From Clostridia bacterium (GTDB lineage: Bacteria > Bacillota > Clostridia > UMGS1810): a stretch of 54,502 nt of DNA. Both the position numbers and the translations under genes were made by a program. The notes under the pieces were generated by a model. The model was not told where the DNA came from and made no database searches. It saw nothing but the letters and a program-made list of their open reading frames with translations. Positions 9,760 through 19,678 of this stretch are shown in pieces. Positions within the stretch are counted from its first letter, which is position 1. Every line of letters starts with the position of its first letter. The stretch is taken from the NCBI GenBank assembly GCA_045614005.1, contig JAZLCB010000164.1:1-54502 (forward strand). The letters run 5' to 3'.

Positions 9760-11358
9760 ATGGGCTTAAATAACGAACAATTGCAGGCAGTAAATTCTAC
9801 TTCCGATAGGATTCTATGCCTTGCCGGAGCCGGCGCGGGTAAGACTAAGACGATGCTCGACCGTATATCTAAATTAGTAACGGACGGCGGTGTGGCTCCA
9901 TCTGCCATCTTGGCACTGACTTTTACCAATGCGGCCGCCTCCGAGATGAAAAGCCGTTATGAGAAGCTGAACCCGGGCAAGGAGACACCTGAGTTCAGGA
10001 CATTCCATTCATTCTGCTATTCCCTTATCTGTAAGGATGCAAACATCCGTGGTGCCTTAGGCTATGACAATATCCCGGGTATTGCTTCCGATGAGCAGAT
10101 GAAGGCTCTTGAAGAAAAGGCTAAAGCTCAATGCAAGATAACACTGTCTAAGGAAAAGCTTAAAACGCGTACCGGTCTTGATAAGAAAGAGCAGTATCAG
10201 GCAGACTTGTATGACAAAGCACTGACCCGTGTTTTACGCATGGAAAATGTCATTACTTTCGATAGGCTCAACAGTGAAGTAGCTGAGTTATTCGGTGCTG
10301 ACCATTCGGCTACGGCTCCGTATAAAGCCAAGTACAAGCATATATTCGTTGACGAGTTTCAGGACACGGACACTTATCAGATACGCTTCCTGAACTCATT
10401 TCCTGACACCAATTTCTATTTCTGCGGGGACTGCTTGCAGAACATTTACAGCTTCCGTGGTACAAGCAACGAGTATATCAAGGCGCTGTCTAATACGGAC
10501 AGTTGGGATAAGATAAAGCTGTTCACTAACTATCGTTCAACGAATCAGATTTGTGAGTATGCTAATAAGTTCAGTAAGGGCTATGCTGACGCTTCATACC
10601 GAATCGAGATGCAGGGTATCCGGGATGGCGAGCGCGTAGTCACCAAGTTGGTCGATGGTCCTTCCCGCTATTCGAGCATGGCTGAAAAGGACATCCGCGC
10701 CGTAATCGAAGAATATAAATCATTGACCGGTACTACGGCAATTCTATGCAGGACTAATAAAGAAGTCGGTGCCGTGGCTAGTTATTTACAGACTGCCGGC
10801 ATTAACTTTGAGCGTAACAAGGATTCTCAGCGTACTAATTTAATCGATTGTGCGTTGTCTGATACTTACATGCTCGGATGGTTAGCGTCATATCTGCCTT
10901 CCAACAAGTATGGTGAGTATATCCGTTTATCATCCACAGTAGCTAATCCGGATATCAATTGGTTTCTTTCTGTGTATGGCAACAACCCGCAGATTAAACA
11001 AGATTTTGAAACTGCGATGGCATTAAGAGCGATGTCATCCACTTCAGAGTTTAGTAATACTAAACTTTCTCAGGTAGCCAAGCTATTGAACTTATCTTCA
11101 ATTCCGACACCGGATAAGGGGTATGTTGGCGCTGAGTTCTTGCAGTATCTAAAGACTGTAGTAGCGGATGTTAAATCCTCCGAGCTGTATATCGGTACGA
11201 TTCATTCTGTAAAAGGCTTAGAATATGATAATGTATTCGTTATGAATGTCGGGGCGTATAGCTTCCCCTTAAATACGGAAGATAACAAGAATTTGTTCTA
11301 TGTTGCGATAACCCGAGCGAAGAATCGTTTATATATTTATGAGGTCTTAGATTTCTAA
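9760..11358 (+). CDS. UvrD/Rep/PcrA-family SF1 helicase
   Basis: LCLAGAGAGKTKT (motif I), FVDEFQDT (motif II), TNYRS, TIHSVKGLEYDNVFV, YVAITRAK. ATG 9760 follows GAGAGG. Confidence 0.85.
   Translation: MGLNNEQLQAVNSTSDRILCLAGAGAGKTKTMLDRISKLVTDGGVAPSAILALTFTNAAASEMKSRYEKLNPGKETPEFRTFHSFCYSLICKDANIRGALGYDNIPGIASDEQMKALEEKAKAQCKITLSKEKLKTRTGLDKKEQYQADLYDKALTRVLRMENVITFDRLNSEVAELFGADHSATAPYKAKYKHIFVDEFQDTDTYQIRFLNSFPDTNFYFCGDCLQNIYSFRGTSNEYIKALSNTDSWDKIKLFTNYRSTNQICEYANKFSKGYADASYRIEMQGIRDGERVVTKLVDGPSRYSSMAEKDIRAVIEEYKSLTGTTAILCRTNKEVGAVASYLQTAGINFERNKDSQRTNLIDCALSDTYMLGWLASYLPSNKYGEYIRLSSTVANPDINWFLSVYGNNPQIKQDFETAMALRAMSSTSEFSNTKLSQVAKLLNLSSIPTPDKGYVGAEFLQYLKTVVADVKSSELYIGTIHSVKGLEYDNVFVMNVGAYSFPLNTEDNKNLFYVAITRAKNRLYIYEVLDF
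11323..11336 (+). promoter_or_regulatory. class-1-like motif variant AATCGTTTATATAT (inside the 3' end of the helicase gene)
   Basis: One-base insertion relative to the consensus. Lies 22 nt upstream of the 11358 start. Confidence 0.25.
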
Positions 11359-11636
11359 TGAAACTGTATTGGGTAAACAAGTGTAAAGAGAACGGTTATA
11401 GGTGCCCGAAGTGCCAACTTCTGATGGGTACGACAAATGGGCAGATGCCTAAGGATAGCAAGAACCATAAGATTTCCATGTTGGATGGTCAAGTCAAATG
11501 CGTTGCTTGTGGTTCAGTAATCGGATACTTCCCACGGGGTAAGGACGCAGACAGCCTCCCGGTAAAGTTTGGTTGGGGTACTGCGATACTAGACACACTA
11601 GATTATGTTACCCCGGTAGAGCAGAGGGAGTTCTGA
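11358..11636 (+). CDS. small zinc-ribbon protein
   Basis: CPKC...CVAC. TAATG coupling. Confidence 0.55.
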   Translation: MKLYWVNKCKENGYRCPKCQLLMGTTNGQMPKDSKNHKISMLDGQVKCVACGSVIGYFPRGKDADSLPVKFGWGTAILDTLDYVTPVEQREF

Positions 11637-11638
11637 CT

Positions 11639-11884
11639 ATGACTATTGAACAGAAGATGTTGGAACAAAACATGCTAATTGAGCAGACGGCTGAGAATGT
11701 AGTTAAAGTCACTTTTATGGATATAGGCAGGAACGCTTATTTCACCACGGTTGAGCCTCAGCGTATGTTAGACATAGCCACTAAAGCTTTAAGTGCCGAA
11801 GACATTACGCCGGATAATAGAGTTGATTTTGAATTAGTCAAAAGATTTTACGAGGGTTGGATTCATGGGACACAAGTTTGTTAA
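11639..11884 (+). CDS. hypothetical protein
   Basis: ATG 11639 comes just after the upstream stop. The track's longer start at 11573 overlaps the previous gene. Confidence 0.5.
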   Translation: MTIEQKMLEQNMLIEQTAENVVKVTFMDIGRNAYFTTVEPQRMLDIATKALSAEDITPDNRVDFELVKRFYEGWIHGTQVC

Positions 11885-12059
11885 GAGAGATGGAACATGG
11901 GACATGTGGTATGCAAAAGACGAGGAAGGTGTCGTGTATCGTGCATGCCCTATCTGTAAGTTTGCTCAGCCTATGGATGTCCGGATGGTGGGTATTTTCA
12001 ATTTCAAGGAATGTCCGAAGTGCCATGCTCACTTGGATATTCCCAAGAAAATCCGATAG
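11865..12059 (+). CDS. small zinc-ribbon protein
   Basis: CPIC...CPKC. Overlaps the upstream gene by 20 nt. Confidence 0.5.
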   Translation: MGHKFVKRDGTWDMWYAKDEEGVVYRACPICKFAQPMDVRMVGIFNFKECPKCHAHLDIPKKIR

Positions 12060-12069
12060 TGAGGTAAAT

Positions 12070-12441
12070 ATGCCAAGTATTACTAGTACAAATTTTAATC
12101 AGGCATATTGCAGTACAGCCGTGCCGGATATTGTGATATCCGCTGATGCACTTTCCGGAACTATTGTATTGTCCCCGGACTACGGGTTTGACACCTCTAT
12201 AATCTCAGGGACAAATGATATCCGCACAATGCAGGACTGTATTGATGACCTGAACAGCAAGGTGGAAGCTTTATCTAAAAAGGCTATCCCGAGATTTCAT
12301 TGTGTTTACTGCGGTACTCAGAATTTTGAATACAATGGCGTGGCTACTACGCCTCAGTGCCCTAACTGTGGGGCATTAATGCGAAAGAGCGATGAACCCG
12401 AACCTGAGCCTAAAATAATGTCTCATTACAATGATTTCTAA
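12070..12441 (+). CDS. protein with C-terminal zinc ribbon
   Basis: ATG 12070 follows GAGGT. CVYCG...CPNCG. The upstream extension to 11857 looks non-coding. Confidence 0.5.
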   Translation: MPSITSTNFNQAYCSTAVPDIVISADALSGTIVLSPDYGFDTSIISGTNDIRTMQDCIDDLNSKVEALSKKAIPRFHCVYCGTQNFEYNGVATTPQCPNCGALMRKSDEPEPEPKIMSHYNDF

Positions 12442-12453
12442 AGGAGAATGAAT

Positions 12454-12687
12454 ATGGCGGATGATTTTTATACCTTCGATAACATGAACCAATATGATGA
12501 CATGAATATGGGCGGATTTGAAGCTGAGCCTATTTCCATGGTAACGGAACAGCCTAGCCCTGACCTTAAACAGCAGGTCATGAATCTTCAGGATGAGGTT
12601 CGATTAATGAAGACAATGATGCGCCGACTAGAACGCGAGATAATGGCACTATCACAGCAGAAGAAGTCGGAGGGCAGTAATTCATAA
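12454..12687 (+). CDS. small coiled-coil protein
   Basis: ATG 12454 lies 7 nt after AAGGAG. C-terminal half has a heptad-like pattern. Confidence 0.5.
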   Translation: MADDFYTFDNMNQYDDMNMGGFEAEPISMVTEQPSPDLKQQVMNLQDEVRLMKTMMRRLEREIMALSQQKKSEGSNS

Positions 12688-12707
12688 AGTTTCAGGCAGG
12701 AGGTAAG

Positions 12708-14501
12708 ATGATGAAACTTAAATCAATTTACATAGACGGTTTGCATAATGCCGTCAACAAGACTTATCAGCTCGGCGATTTGGTTTATTTCTATGGCAGG
12801 AACGGAGCCGGCAAGACTACTGTACTTAACGCGATTCAGCTTGCGTTGCTTGGCTACATCCCGGGAACTGCCAAGAACTCCCGTGAAGCCATCCTCAAAC
12901 ACTCTAGGGATAATCACATTGTTGTCCGGTTGGAACTTGATAACAACGGGGAGACGATTACAGTTGAGCGTAGGATAGATGCTAAGGCTACTAAGGTTAC
13001 TACCATGCCTAGCGATTATCCGGTGGCTGAAATTGTCGCTGACTTAGAATTGCCTATCTTCAATTTCAATGACTTTATCAATCAGACGGCTAATAAGCTG
13101 AAGGATTATTTCATTAAGAATCTTCTGCCTACTACTGAGGGTAACCTGAATTGGGCAGACATTCTTAAATCCGGACTGATGACCGTCGGTGTGGAAGACC
13201 CTATGGCTGTCCTTGATTACGGCATGCAACTTATTGCCAATGTTTCCGGCAGTCCGCTTGAACAAGTAATGCAGGCTAACAAGATATTCAAGGACGAGCA
13301 GTCCTTCAATAAGTCAGAGCTGACGAGGTTGCAGGCTACAGTTGATTCGCTGATTTACTATAACGACTACACCGGTCCAAGGGATATAAAAGAAATCAAT
13401 ACGAAGCTTATGTCTTTAGAGGCTTTGCGTGATTCCATGCTTCGCTATGATTCTGCTAAGCAAGTGGTTGAGCATAACATGAATGAACTGTCTCAGCTTG
13501 AATCCAAGTATGAATCGATGGGCGGAAACGCACAGTGCGAACAGATTAGGGAATCCTTGAACGCAGTTCGTCTTCAGTACGATGACACCTTGCATAAAAT
13601 CAAGGACATTGAAATGTCTGTCAACACCGTAAAGAATAAGAAGGCAAGTCTTTCTGCTATCATACAGCAGGGCGGTATCTGTCCATACACCAAGGACACT
13701 TGCAAGGGCTTAAATCTTGACGATATCAAAGCCACAATCGCTACCTACGATGAGCAGATAGAATCCGACAGCAAGCAGTGGCATGGACTTGATGAACAGT
13801 TGACTGAGATGAAAACGCAGATTAGCCACTATGAGTGCGTACTGTCTGAGTTCTCCGGTATCTCGGTCAGGTTGGAATCCTTGAAGCGTTCAGTATCATC
13901 ACTCCCGGATAAGCCTAACACGGATAAAACTATAATCGATATAAATAGGGAGATTCAGGAGTACAGCGATGCTAAGGATAAGCTCTTGGCTAATCAGGCT
14001 TATGAATCTACCATCGATGACATCACGAAGACGAAGTACAAAATCGAACTTCAGAATGACGCATTGTCGGCTTGGGTTAAGCTGACGGATATCAACGGCT
14101 TGCAGACAACTTTGACTTCCAAGCCTTTTGAAGAATTGGCTGTAACCATGACCAAGTACATTCAGGATATGTACGGGGATGCTTCACTTCAGGTCAAGTT
14201 TGATGTGACTACTAAAGCCAACTCATTCAACTTCGGTCTTATCAGGCAGAACAAGTATATTGCCTATGAACAGCTATCATCCGGTGAAAAGTGCCTTTAC
14301 ACTTTGGCACTTATGATTTGCATCATACATCACAGCTCGTCACCGCTGAAGTTATTGCTTTGCGATGACATGTTCGACCATCTTGATGCTTCGGCAGTAG
14401 AGGGAACCTTTACCGCTTTGAAGAATATCCCGGACATTCAGTTCATCCTTGCCGGTGTAAAAGAGTGCAAGAATGCTGAAGATGTGATGGTAACGGTATG
14501 A
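12708..14501 (+). CDS. Rad50/SbcC-like SMC-type ATPase
   Basis: Walker A GRNGAGKTT. Long central coiled-coil-like region containing ICPYTKDTCKG. C-terminal LSSGEK signature and LLLCDDMFDHLD Walker B. Confidence 0.75.
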   Translation: MMKLKSIYIDGLHNAVNKTYQLGDLVYFYGRNGAGKTTVLNAIQLALLGYIPGTAKNSREAILKHSRDNHIVVRLELDNNGETITVERRIDAKATKVTTMPSDYPVAEIVADLELPIFNFNDFINQTANKLKDYFIKNLLPTTEGNLNWADILKSGLMTVGVEDPMAVLDYGMQLIANVSGSPLEQVMQANKIFKDEQSFNKSELTRLQATVDSLIYYNDYTGPRDIKEINTKLMSLEALRDSMLRYDSAKQVVEHNMNELSQLESKYESMGGNAQCEQIRESLNAVRLQYDDTLHKIKDIEMSVNTVKNKKASLSAIIQQGGICPYTKDTCKGLNLDDIKATIATYDEQIESDSKQWHGLDEQLTEMKTQISHYECVLSEFSGISVRLESLKRSVSSLPDKPNTDKTIIDINREIQEYSDAKDKLLANQAYESTIDDITKTKYKIELQNDALSAWVKLTDINGLQTTLTSKPFEELAVTMTKYIQDMYGDASLQVKFDVTTKANSFNFGLIRQNKYIAYEQLSSGEKCLYTLALMICIIHHSSSPLKLLLCDDMFDHLDASAVEGTFTALKNIPDIQFILAGVKECKNAEDVMVTV

Positions 14502-14680
14502 ACGATTTTCCACAACGCATGTGGAGAGTTTGCCCGGAATGCGGTGGTAGGGTACACTGCCGAACATGGGAAGGCATGCGGGAGAGCTTGTTCTATGCCA
14601 AATTGTATTGTATTCAGTGCAACTACTCTGAGCAGTTTGCTACGGATAGGCGCAGTGCCCTTGAATCCTTGATGCATTAA
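14498..14680 (+). CDS. small zinc-ribbon protein
   Basis: CPECGG...CIQC. ATGA coupling to the ATPase gene. Confidence 0.5.
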   Translation: MNDFPQRMWRVCPECGGRVHCRTWEGMRESLFYAKLYCIQCNYSEQFATDRRSALESLMH

Positions 14681-14681
14681 A

Positions 14682-14834
14682 ATGGAATATAATTTCAATT
14701 GGGACATCATTCAGGAATGTCGAAGAACTTATCGAAAAACTCGTCGGAAGTCTGTGGAGCCTATGGACAGAAAACAGTATCAGCATGAGTATTATCTAAG
14801 AGTAACTAAGCCCAAGAGGAATAAGATGGGGTAA
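14682..14834 (+). CDS. possible small basic protein (50 aa)
   Basis: ATG comes 1 nt after the upstream stop. Not in the track (under 60 aa). No clear RBS. Confidence 0.25.
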   Translation: MEYNFNWDIIQECRRTYRKTRRKSVEPMDRKQYQHEYYLRVTKPKRNKMG

Positions 14835-14844
14835 CCTTATATAC
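14833..14844 (+). promoter_or_regulatory. class-2 promoter-like motif AACCTTATATAC
   Basis: Lies 34 nt upstream of the ardA start, in AT-rich DNA. Confidence 0.35.
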
Positions 14845-14877
14845 AATTAGTAATACTATATTAATCGAGGTGTTATT

Positions 14878-15426
14878 ATGTCTCAGATAAAAGGATTCAT
14901 TACCAATCTTGGTAAATACAACGAGGGCGAGCTTGTAGGCGAGTGGATTGACTTCCCTATCAGCGATGAGGATTTGCAGGCTGTCCTGAAGCGCATTGGC
15001 ATCGGTTCTACTGATGAGTTCGGTTCCCCTTATGAAGAAGTCTTCTTCACCGATTGGGAGTTACCCTCCGGTATGGATTGGCAGGTCTTTGGTGAATATC
15101 CTCAGATTGAAAAGGTCAACGAAGTAGCTGAGCTTTTCGAGGAAAACAATTTAGAGCCTGAGGTCTTATCCGCTATCTTCGACCATGCTTCTGACCTTGA
15201 AGAAGCTATGCGAATTATCGAAGATGGTAACTTTACCATCTATTGGGGCGCTGACGATACTAGGTCGCTTGGTGAAATCGCCGTTGAAGAACTTGACGGT
15301 GGCGTGGGAAATCTTCCTAAGGAAGTTCTTGAAGAATACTTTGACTATGAGGCATACGGAAGAAGCCTCGAAACGGGTTCGAGCATCACATACTTCGATG
15401 GTGGTGCTATAGAGTTCTATTACTAA
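14878..15426 (+). CDS. ardA: antirestriction protein ArdA (DNA mimic, anti type I R-M)
   Basis: ITNLGKYNEGELVGEWIDFPI and EEYFDYEAYGRSLE closely parallel the Tn916 Orf18 ArdA sequence as I recall it. Acidic, 182 aa. Confidence 0.88.
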   Translation: MSQIKGFITNLGKYNEGELVGEWIDFPISDEDLQAVLKRIGIGSTDEFGSPYEEVFFTDWELPSGMDWQVFGEYPQIEKVNEVAELFEENNLEPEVLSAIFDHASDLEEAMRIIEDGNFTIYWGADDTRSLGEIAVEELDGGVGNLPKEVLEEYFDYEAYGRSLETGSSITYFDGGAIEFYY

Positions 15427-15468
15427 TTACTGCCGTGCTTTGACATTGTTAGGCAGAACCTCCGGTCT

Positions 15469-15508
15469 GAGAAATAGCCTCGACTTGCCATCGGGGCTAT
15501 TTCTTTTA
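15469..15508 (+). terminator. Rho-independent terminator
   Basis: 9-bp stem GAAATAGCC/GGCTATTTC (15471-15479 pairs with 15495-15503), then TTTT. Confidence 0.6.
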
Positions 15509-15520
15509 CTCATTTATTAT

Positions 15521-15543
15521 AATTCCGAAATAATACGGGAATT
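15521..15543. promoter_or_regulatory. TTCC-N11-GGAA palindrome, copy B (AATTCCGAAATAATACGGGAATT)
   Basis: Same arms and 11-nt spacing as copies A and C-E. Lies 13 nt upstream of the TTGTTT -35 element. Confidence 0.55.
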
Positions 15544-15556
15544 TATAAAAAGACTA

Positions 15557-15584
15557 TTGTTTTATTGTAATATAATGTTAGAAT
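15557..15584 (+). promoter_or_regulatory. sigmaA/sigma70-like promoter (TTGTTT, 16 nt, TAGAAT)
   Basis: -35 at 15557-15562 and -10 at 15579-15584. Shares the 10-mer TTGTTTTATT with 17557 and 35213. Confidence 0.4.
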
Positions 15585-15626
15585 TAGAATAGCATATAGT
15601 ATCAGTGTTCCAATAGGAGGTTGCTT

Positions 15627-16484
15627 ATGCCTAAGACGCTTACAAACCGTGTAGGTGAGACAGCTAAAGCTAGTAACGGTCAGATGATGACCATTATTGA
15701 ATACCGCTCATGTGCTGATATTGATGTCCGGTTTGAGGACGGCACTGTTGTTCAGCATAAGCGTTATAGGTGTTTTCTTACCGGGTATATATCGAATCCT
15801 AATTTCAATCGTTATGCATTAGAATACATAGGTCAGACCCTCCGGAACAATGAAGGGCAACTAATGACTATTATTGCATATCGTAATGCGGCCGATATTG
15901 ATGTTAAGTTTGAAGACGGCACGATTGTTCAGCATAGACAGTATTCTTGTTTCAAAGACGGTGAAATTCATAATCCGAATTTTTATAGTGGAAGAATCGG
16001 AGAACAGCATCGTGCATCCAACGGTCAAATGATGACTATTATTGCATATCGCAATTCCCGGGATGTAGATGTTCAATTTGAGGATGGCACGATAATAATG
16101 CATAAGTCCTATGGGGCAATCCGCCGAGGACTGATTCACAATCCTAACTATACCCATAACATCAGTCAGCGTACTTGTCGCACCGGACTTTCAAAGCTAG
16201 CAAATAACGGATTGCGTATGACTATATCGAATTATCGTAAATATACGAGCATAGACATTCTCTATGAAACGGGCTTCGAACTAAAAAAGCGAAGATACTT
16301 TGATTTCGAAAGAGGTAATGTAAAACATCCCTTCCCTTATCAGGTGGGTAACATCAGCATGAATAAGCTAGCGTATGTTCACAATGACACCGGAAATTTC
16401 TACTGCCATTGTACGAAATGTGGCATAAAGGAAATCATGTCGGTTGCGGAGATGAAATCTCATGTATGCTTGGAGGTCGTGTAA
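15627..16484 (+). CDS. tandem-repeat protein 1 (4 repeats of about 57 aa, plus a Cys/His C-terminal module)
   Basis: Repeats of the form G-E-x3-A-x-NG-Q-MMTIIAYR-x3-DIDVxFEDG-x7-Y-x2-F-x2-G-x-I-x-NPN. C-terminal GNFYCHCTKCG...HVC. ATG 15627 follows AGGAGG. Confidence 0.7.
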   Translation: MPKTLTNRVGETAKASNGQMMTIIEYRSCADIDVRFEDGTVVQHKRYRCFLTGYISNPNFNRYALEYIGQTLRNNEGQLMTIIAYRNAADIDVKFEDGTIVQHRQYSCFKDGEIHNPNFYSGRIGEQHRASNGQMMTIIAYRNSRDVDVQFEDGTIIMHKSYGAIRRGLIHNPNYTHNISQRTCRTGLSKLANNGLRMTISNYRKYTSIDILYETGFELKKRRYFDFERGNVKHPFPYQVGNISMNKLAYVHNDTGNFYCHCTKCGIKEIMSVAEMKSHVCLEVV

Positions 16485-17548
16485 TGGATAAGCGCACTAA
16501 GCTCAACCGCATAGGTGAAACTAATCGTGCGAAGAATGGCATGATGATGACGATTATCGCCTACCGCAGAAATGATGATATCGATGTTCAGTTCGAGGAT
16601 GGGTATATCGCCACCGGTCGTGCTTATGACATGTTTAAGCAGGGCAGAATCGGAAATCCCAATGTCTCCCGTGCGTATTGGAAAAGAAACCGAGATATTA
16701 AGTCGTTTAGAGTTGGTGAGACTAATAGGGCGAAAAACGGGCAGATGATGACCATTGTAGTGTATCGCCGGAGCGATGATATCGATATCTTATTCGAGGA
16801 CGGATATCTTGCTGAGCATAAACAATATATCGCTTTCTTAGCCGGAGAGGTAAGAAACCCTAATGCCATAGTAAAAGGTCCTGCCGTCAAGACCGGAAGG
16901 GTTGGGGAAACCCATACCAATACTCAGGGCTTAAAGCTGACTATCATCGCATACCGTAAAGCTGATGACTTAGACGCACAATTTGAGAATGGTGCAGTAG
17001 TTACGCATGTTACCTATTACAGCGTTTGTAAAGGCAATATTCTGTGTCCGAACCTCCCGAGACATTTTAACCGGGTTGGGGAATCCGCCCTAATGCATAA
17101 TGGTCAGGTTGCCAAGATAGTCGCATATCGTAGTGCCACGGACATCGATGTTCAGTTTGAAGATGATACAGTGGTGGTTCATCAGACCTATAAACACTTT
17201 CAGCTCAGGCAGATAAGGAACCCTAATCTTAACCCGGCAGATAAATACATCGGGATGACCGGAACATCATCTAATGGATTCTTAATGAAAATTACAGATT
17301 ATCGTAATGCCCACGATATTGATGTAGTCTATAACACCGGCTACATTAAAACTCATACCCATCTTCAGCTCTTTAAGAATGGTCAGATAGGACATCCGCT
17401 CCCCTATGCTCTCGGTACTATTAGTATTGATAAGCCGGCATATATTCATAATGGTATTGGAAACTTTTATTGCCACTGCGTTAAGTGCGGAAATACAGAT
17501 ATTCTTACCATTGATGAAATTCTCCACCATGTCTGCAAGGAAGAATAA
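16484..17548 (+). CDS. tandem-repeat protein 2 (5 repeats, plus the same Cys/His C-terminal module), paralog of the upstream gene
   Basis: Same repeat consensus. C-terminal GNFYCHCVKCG...HHVC. TAATG coupling at 16482-16486. Confidence 0.7.
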   Translation: MDKRTKLNRIGETNRAKNGMMMTIIAYRRNDDIDVQFEDGYIATGRAYDMFKQGRIGNPNVSRAYWKRNRDIKSFRVGETNRAKNGQMMTIVVYRRSDDIDILFEDGYLAEHKQYIAFLAGEVRNPNAIVKGPAVKTGRVGETHTNTQGLKLTIIAYRKADDLDAQFENGAVVTHVTYYSVCKGNILCPNLPRHFNRVGESALMHNGQVAKIVAYRSATDIDVQFEDDTVVVHQTYKHFQLRQIRNPNLNPADKYIGMTGTSSNGFLMKITDYRNAHDIDVVYNTGYIKTHTHLQLFKNGQIGHPLPYALGTISIDKPAYIHNGIGNFYCHCVKCGNTDILTIDEILHHVCKEE

Positions 17549-17556
17549 AAATATTG

Positions 17557-17585
17557 TTGTTTTATTTTCACCGTATTAGTATAAT
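17557..17585 (+). promoter_or_regulatory. sigmaA/sigma70-like promoter (TTGTTT, 17 nt, TATAAT)
   Basis: -35 at 17557-17562 and -10 at 17580-17585, in the gap before the helicase gene. Confidence 0.5.
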
Positions 17586-17630
17586 GTAGTTGTATTAATG
17601 CAACATCGAAAATCCAATAGGAGATTGCAT

Positions 17631-19223
17631 ATGGCTAAGATAGACATTTTAAGGGAGCAGACCTATCAGGAGGCTTGTGACTTACTTGATACTTATGGTA
17701 AGTGCGCAATTATTCGCCCCACGGGATTCGGTAAGACCGGATTACTCGTTAGACTGATTAAGAGCGGACGATATAAAAAGGTTCTGTATCTTTACCCGGC
17801 AGAGGTAGTCAAGAACGCTGTATTCCATTTTTACTATGGTGAAGACTACTCCATTTCTAAGAACAGCTCAATTCCCAATGTAACTTTCATGACTTATATG
17901 GCGCTCGCTTACCTGAGCGATTCTTTACTGAAATCCCTTGACGGCACCGACCTGATTATCTGTGATGAATGTCATAGGCTTGGAGCCACGGAAACCATGT
18001 CCGGCATGCGCAGTTTAATGGAGTATAATCCTGAGGCTCATATTGTCGGAGCTACAGCCACTCCTGAGCGTATGGATATGATAGATGAAATCGCCATGTT
18101 CTTCGATGACCGCATAGCGAGTAGATATACCCTCCATGACGCGATTCAGGATGGTATCATTCAGAAGCCTTATTATTGCTTCTGTGCTTATGGTAATAGT
18201 TCTCCGGATGTCTTGACTCGTATCAAGAAAGACGCTAAGCTTCAGACCGTTTGTTACGATGACCGGGACGATGCCTTGGAGTTATTGAACTCCCGAATGA
18301 TAGAAATCGCTGAGTTGTCTAAGATGGAAACTGCGATTAGCTCCGCGCTGTCTGAATCCCATACGGATACAGATTATCAGAAGTACATCGTATTCTTTAG
18401 CGATTTCAAGCATATGCGCGTAGCTAAACAGCGTGTACGCGGATGGTTCGAGACTGTGTTCCCGGAGCATACCATAAATGAAGTTATCGTATCTTCCGAG
18501 ACTGACGAGTATAAGCAGAACGCTACTAAGTTGGATAGCATGGTTTACAAGACTAAGACTATAGACCTCATCTATTCATGCGAAATGCTTAATATGGGCT
18601 ATCATGTAAGCGACCTGACCGGGGTGCTTATGTATAGGGGTACATCTTCTAGCATAGTCTATGTTCAACAGCTCGGTCGTGCATTATCTACCGGAGACAA
18701 TCGCCCGAAGATTGTTCTTGATATCGTAGATAACATTCATAGGAAATCTTTATATACGATGATGAGCGAAAAGGTTGAGGTCAATGCCAATGTAAGCGCC
18801 GAAGAACTCAGGGAGTATGTAGATTTGGTAGGCAGAACTCATGATAAGGACGCTGAAGGAAATCCTATCGCTTTAACCTCTGAAGAACTTACCCGTCTTA
18901 TCGAACTGCGACAGCAGATTCAGAAGCATGCTAAGGCTTCCGGTAAGACCGGATGCAATATGTTGGCTCCTGAGGACTTAGTGGTATCTTCCTATATGGC
19001 GACTTACCGCGAGTTTATCGCCAAGACTGTAGCTGAACTTATATCTATGAGGTGCAGGCAAGCGTGGAACCGATGGCTCGAAAAGGGCGGTGACGCTTCT
19101 GTTCTGTCTAGGGAATACATCCTCGGACAGCAGGCTCCGGAATCTGTCCCGTTAGCTCCATTTTGCGCATTAAAGAATGTTTCCATAAATGCTGTACTTG
19201 ACGCTATGCATATTCCCGCCTAA
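17631..19223 (+). CDS. SF2 DEAD/DEAH-box (DECH) helicase
   Basis: RPTGFGKTG (motif I), ICDECH (motif II), GATATPER (motif III), QQLGRALS (motif VI-like). ATG 17631 follows AGGAGA. Confidence 0.8.
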   Translation: MAKIDILREQTYQEACDLLDTYGKCAIIRPTGFGKTGLLVRLIKSGRYKKVLYLYPAEVVKNAVFHFYYGEDYSISKNSSIPNVTFMTYMALAYLSDSLLKSLDGTDLIICDECHRLGATETMSGMRSLMEYNPEAHIVGATATPERMDMIDEIAMFFDDRIASRYTLHDAIQDGIIQKPYYCFCAYGNSSPDVLTRIKKDAKLQTVCYDDRDDALELLNSRMIEIAELSKMETAISSALSESHTDTDYQKYIVFFSDFKHMRVAKQRVRGWFETVFPEHTINEVIVSSETDEYKQNATKLDSMVYKTKTIDLIYSCEMLNMGYHVSDLTGVLMYRGTSSSIVYVQQLGRALSTGDNRPKIVLDIVDNIHRKSLYTMMSEKVEVNANVSAEELREYVDLVGRTHDKDAEGNPIALTSEELTRLIELRQQIQKHAKASGKTGCNMLAPEDLVVSSYMATYREFIAKTVAELISMRCRQAWNRWLEKGGDASVLSREYILGQQAPESVPLAPFCALKNVSINAVLDAMHIPA

Positions 19224-19224
19224 T

Positions 19225-19238
19225 AATCGTTATTATAG
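19225..19238 (+). promoter_or_regulatory. class-1 promoter-like motif AATCGTTATTATAG
   Basis: Directly follows the helicase stop. Lies 18 nt upstream of ATG 19256. Confidence 0.5.
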
Positions 19239-19255
19239 GTGGGAGGTATATTCAT

Positions 19256-19675
19256 ATGCAAACTTATAGACAGCAGTATGCCGAGGCGTATTTAAGACGG
19301 CAACGGATGAGACTTGTGCGAGATGTGTTTATCCTCATTTTCGCCGGTCTTTTTCTTATTTTCATATGCTTCTTCGAGCCTATCATGAAGGCTACTAATA
19401 CGCAGACCTATGTAGTCACGGTGCAGAGCAAGGAACGCGTTACGCTAAATCAGTACAAAAGTAAGTACCTAGTGTATTCCATAGATGATGCCGGAAACTC
19501 TATGGTATTTGAAGTCACTGACAGCTTGCTTCGATTACGATTTGATTCGGCTGATACCTATAATCTGATTGCCGTCGGAGGCAAGTATGAATTTACTACG
19601 GGAGGCTACCGCGTCCCGCCACTTTCCATGTACCCAAATATCTATGAAATTAAACTACTGAATCAGGAGGGATAA
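19256..19675 (+). CDS. membrane-anchored protein (resembles DUF1523, from memory)
   Basis: N-terminal TM segment VFILIFAGLFLIFICFF. C-terminal GGYRVPPLSMYPNI recalls the YGWRIP.LSMFPN motif. Confidence 0.45.
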   Translation: MQTYRQQYAEAYLRRQRMRLVRDVFILIFAGLFLIFICFFEPIMKATNTQTYVVTVQSKERVTLNQYKSKYLVYSIDDAGNSMVFEVTDSLLRLRFDSADTYNLIAVGGKYEFTTGGYRVPPLSMYPNIYEIKLLNQEG

Positions 19676-19678
19676 TCT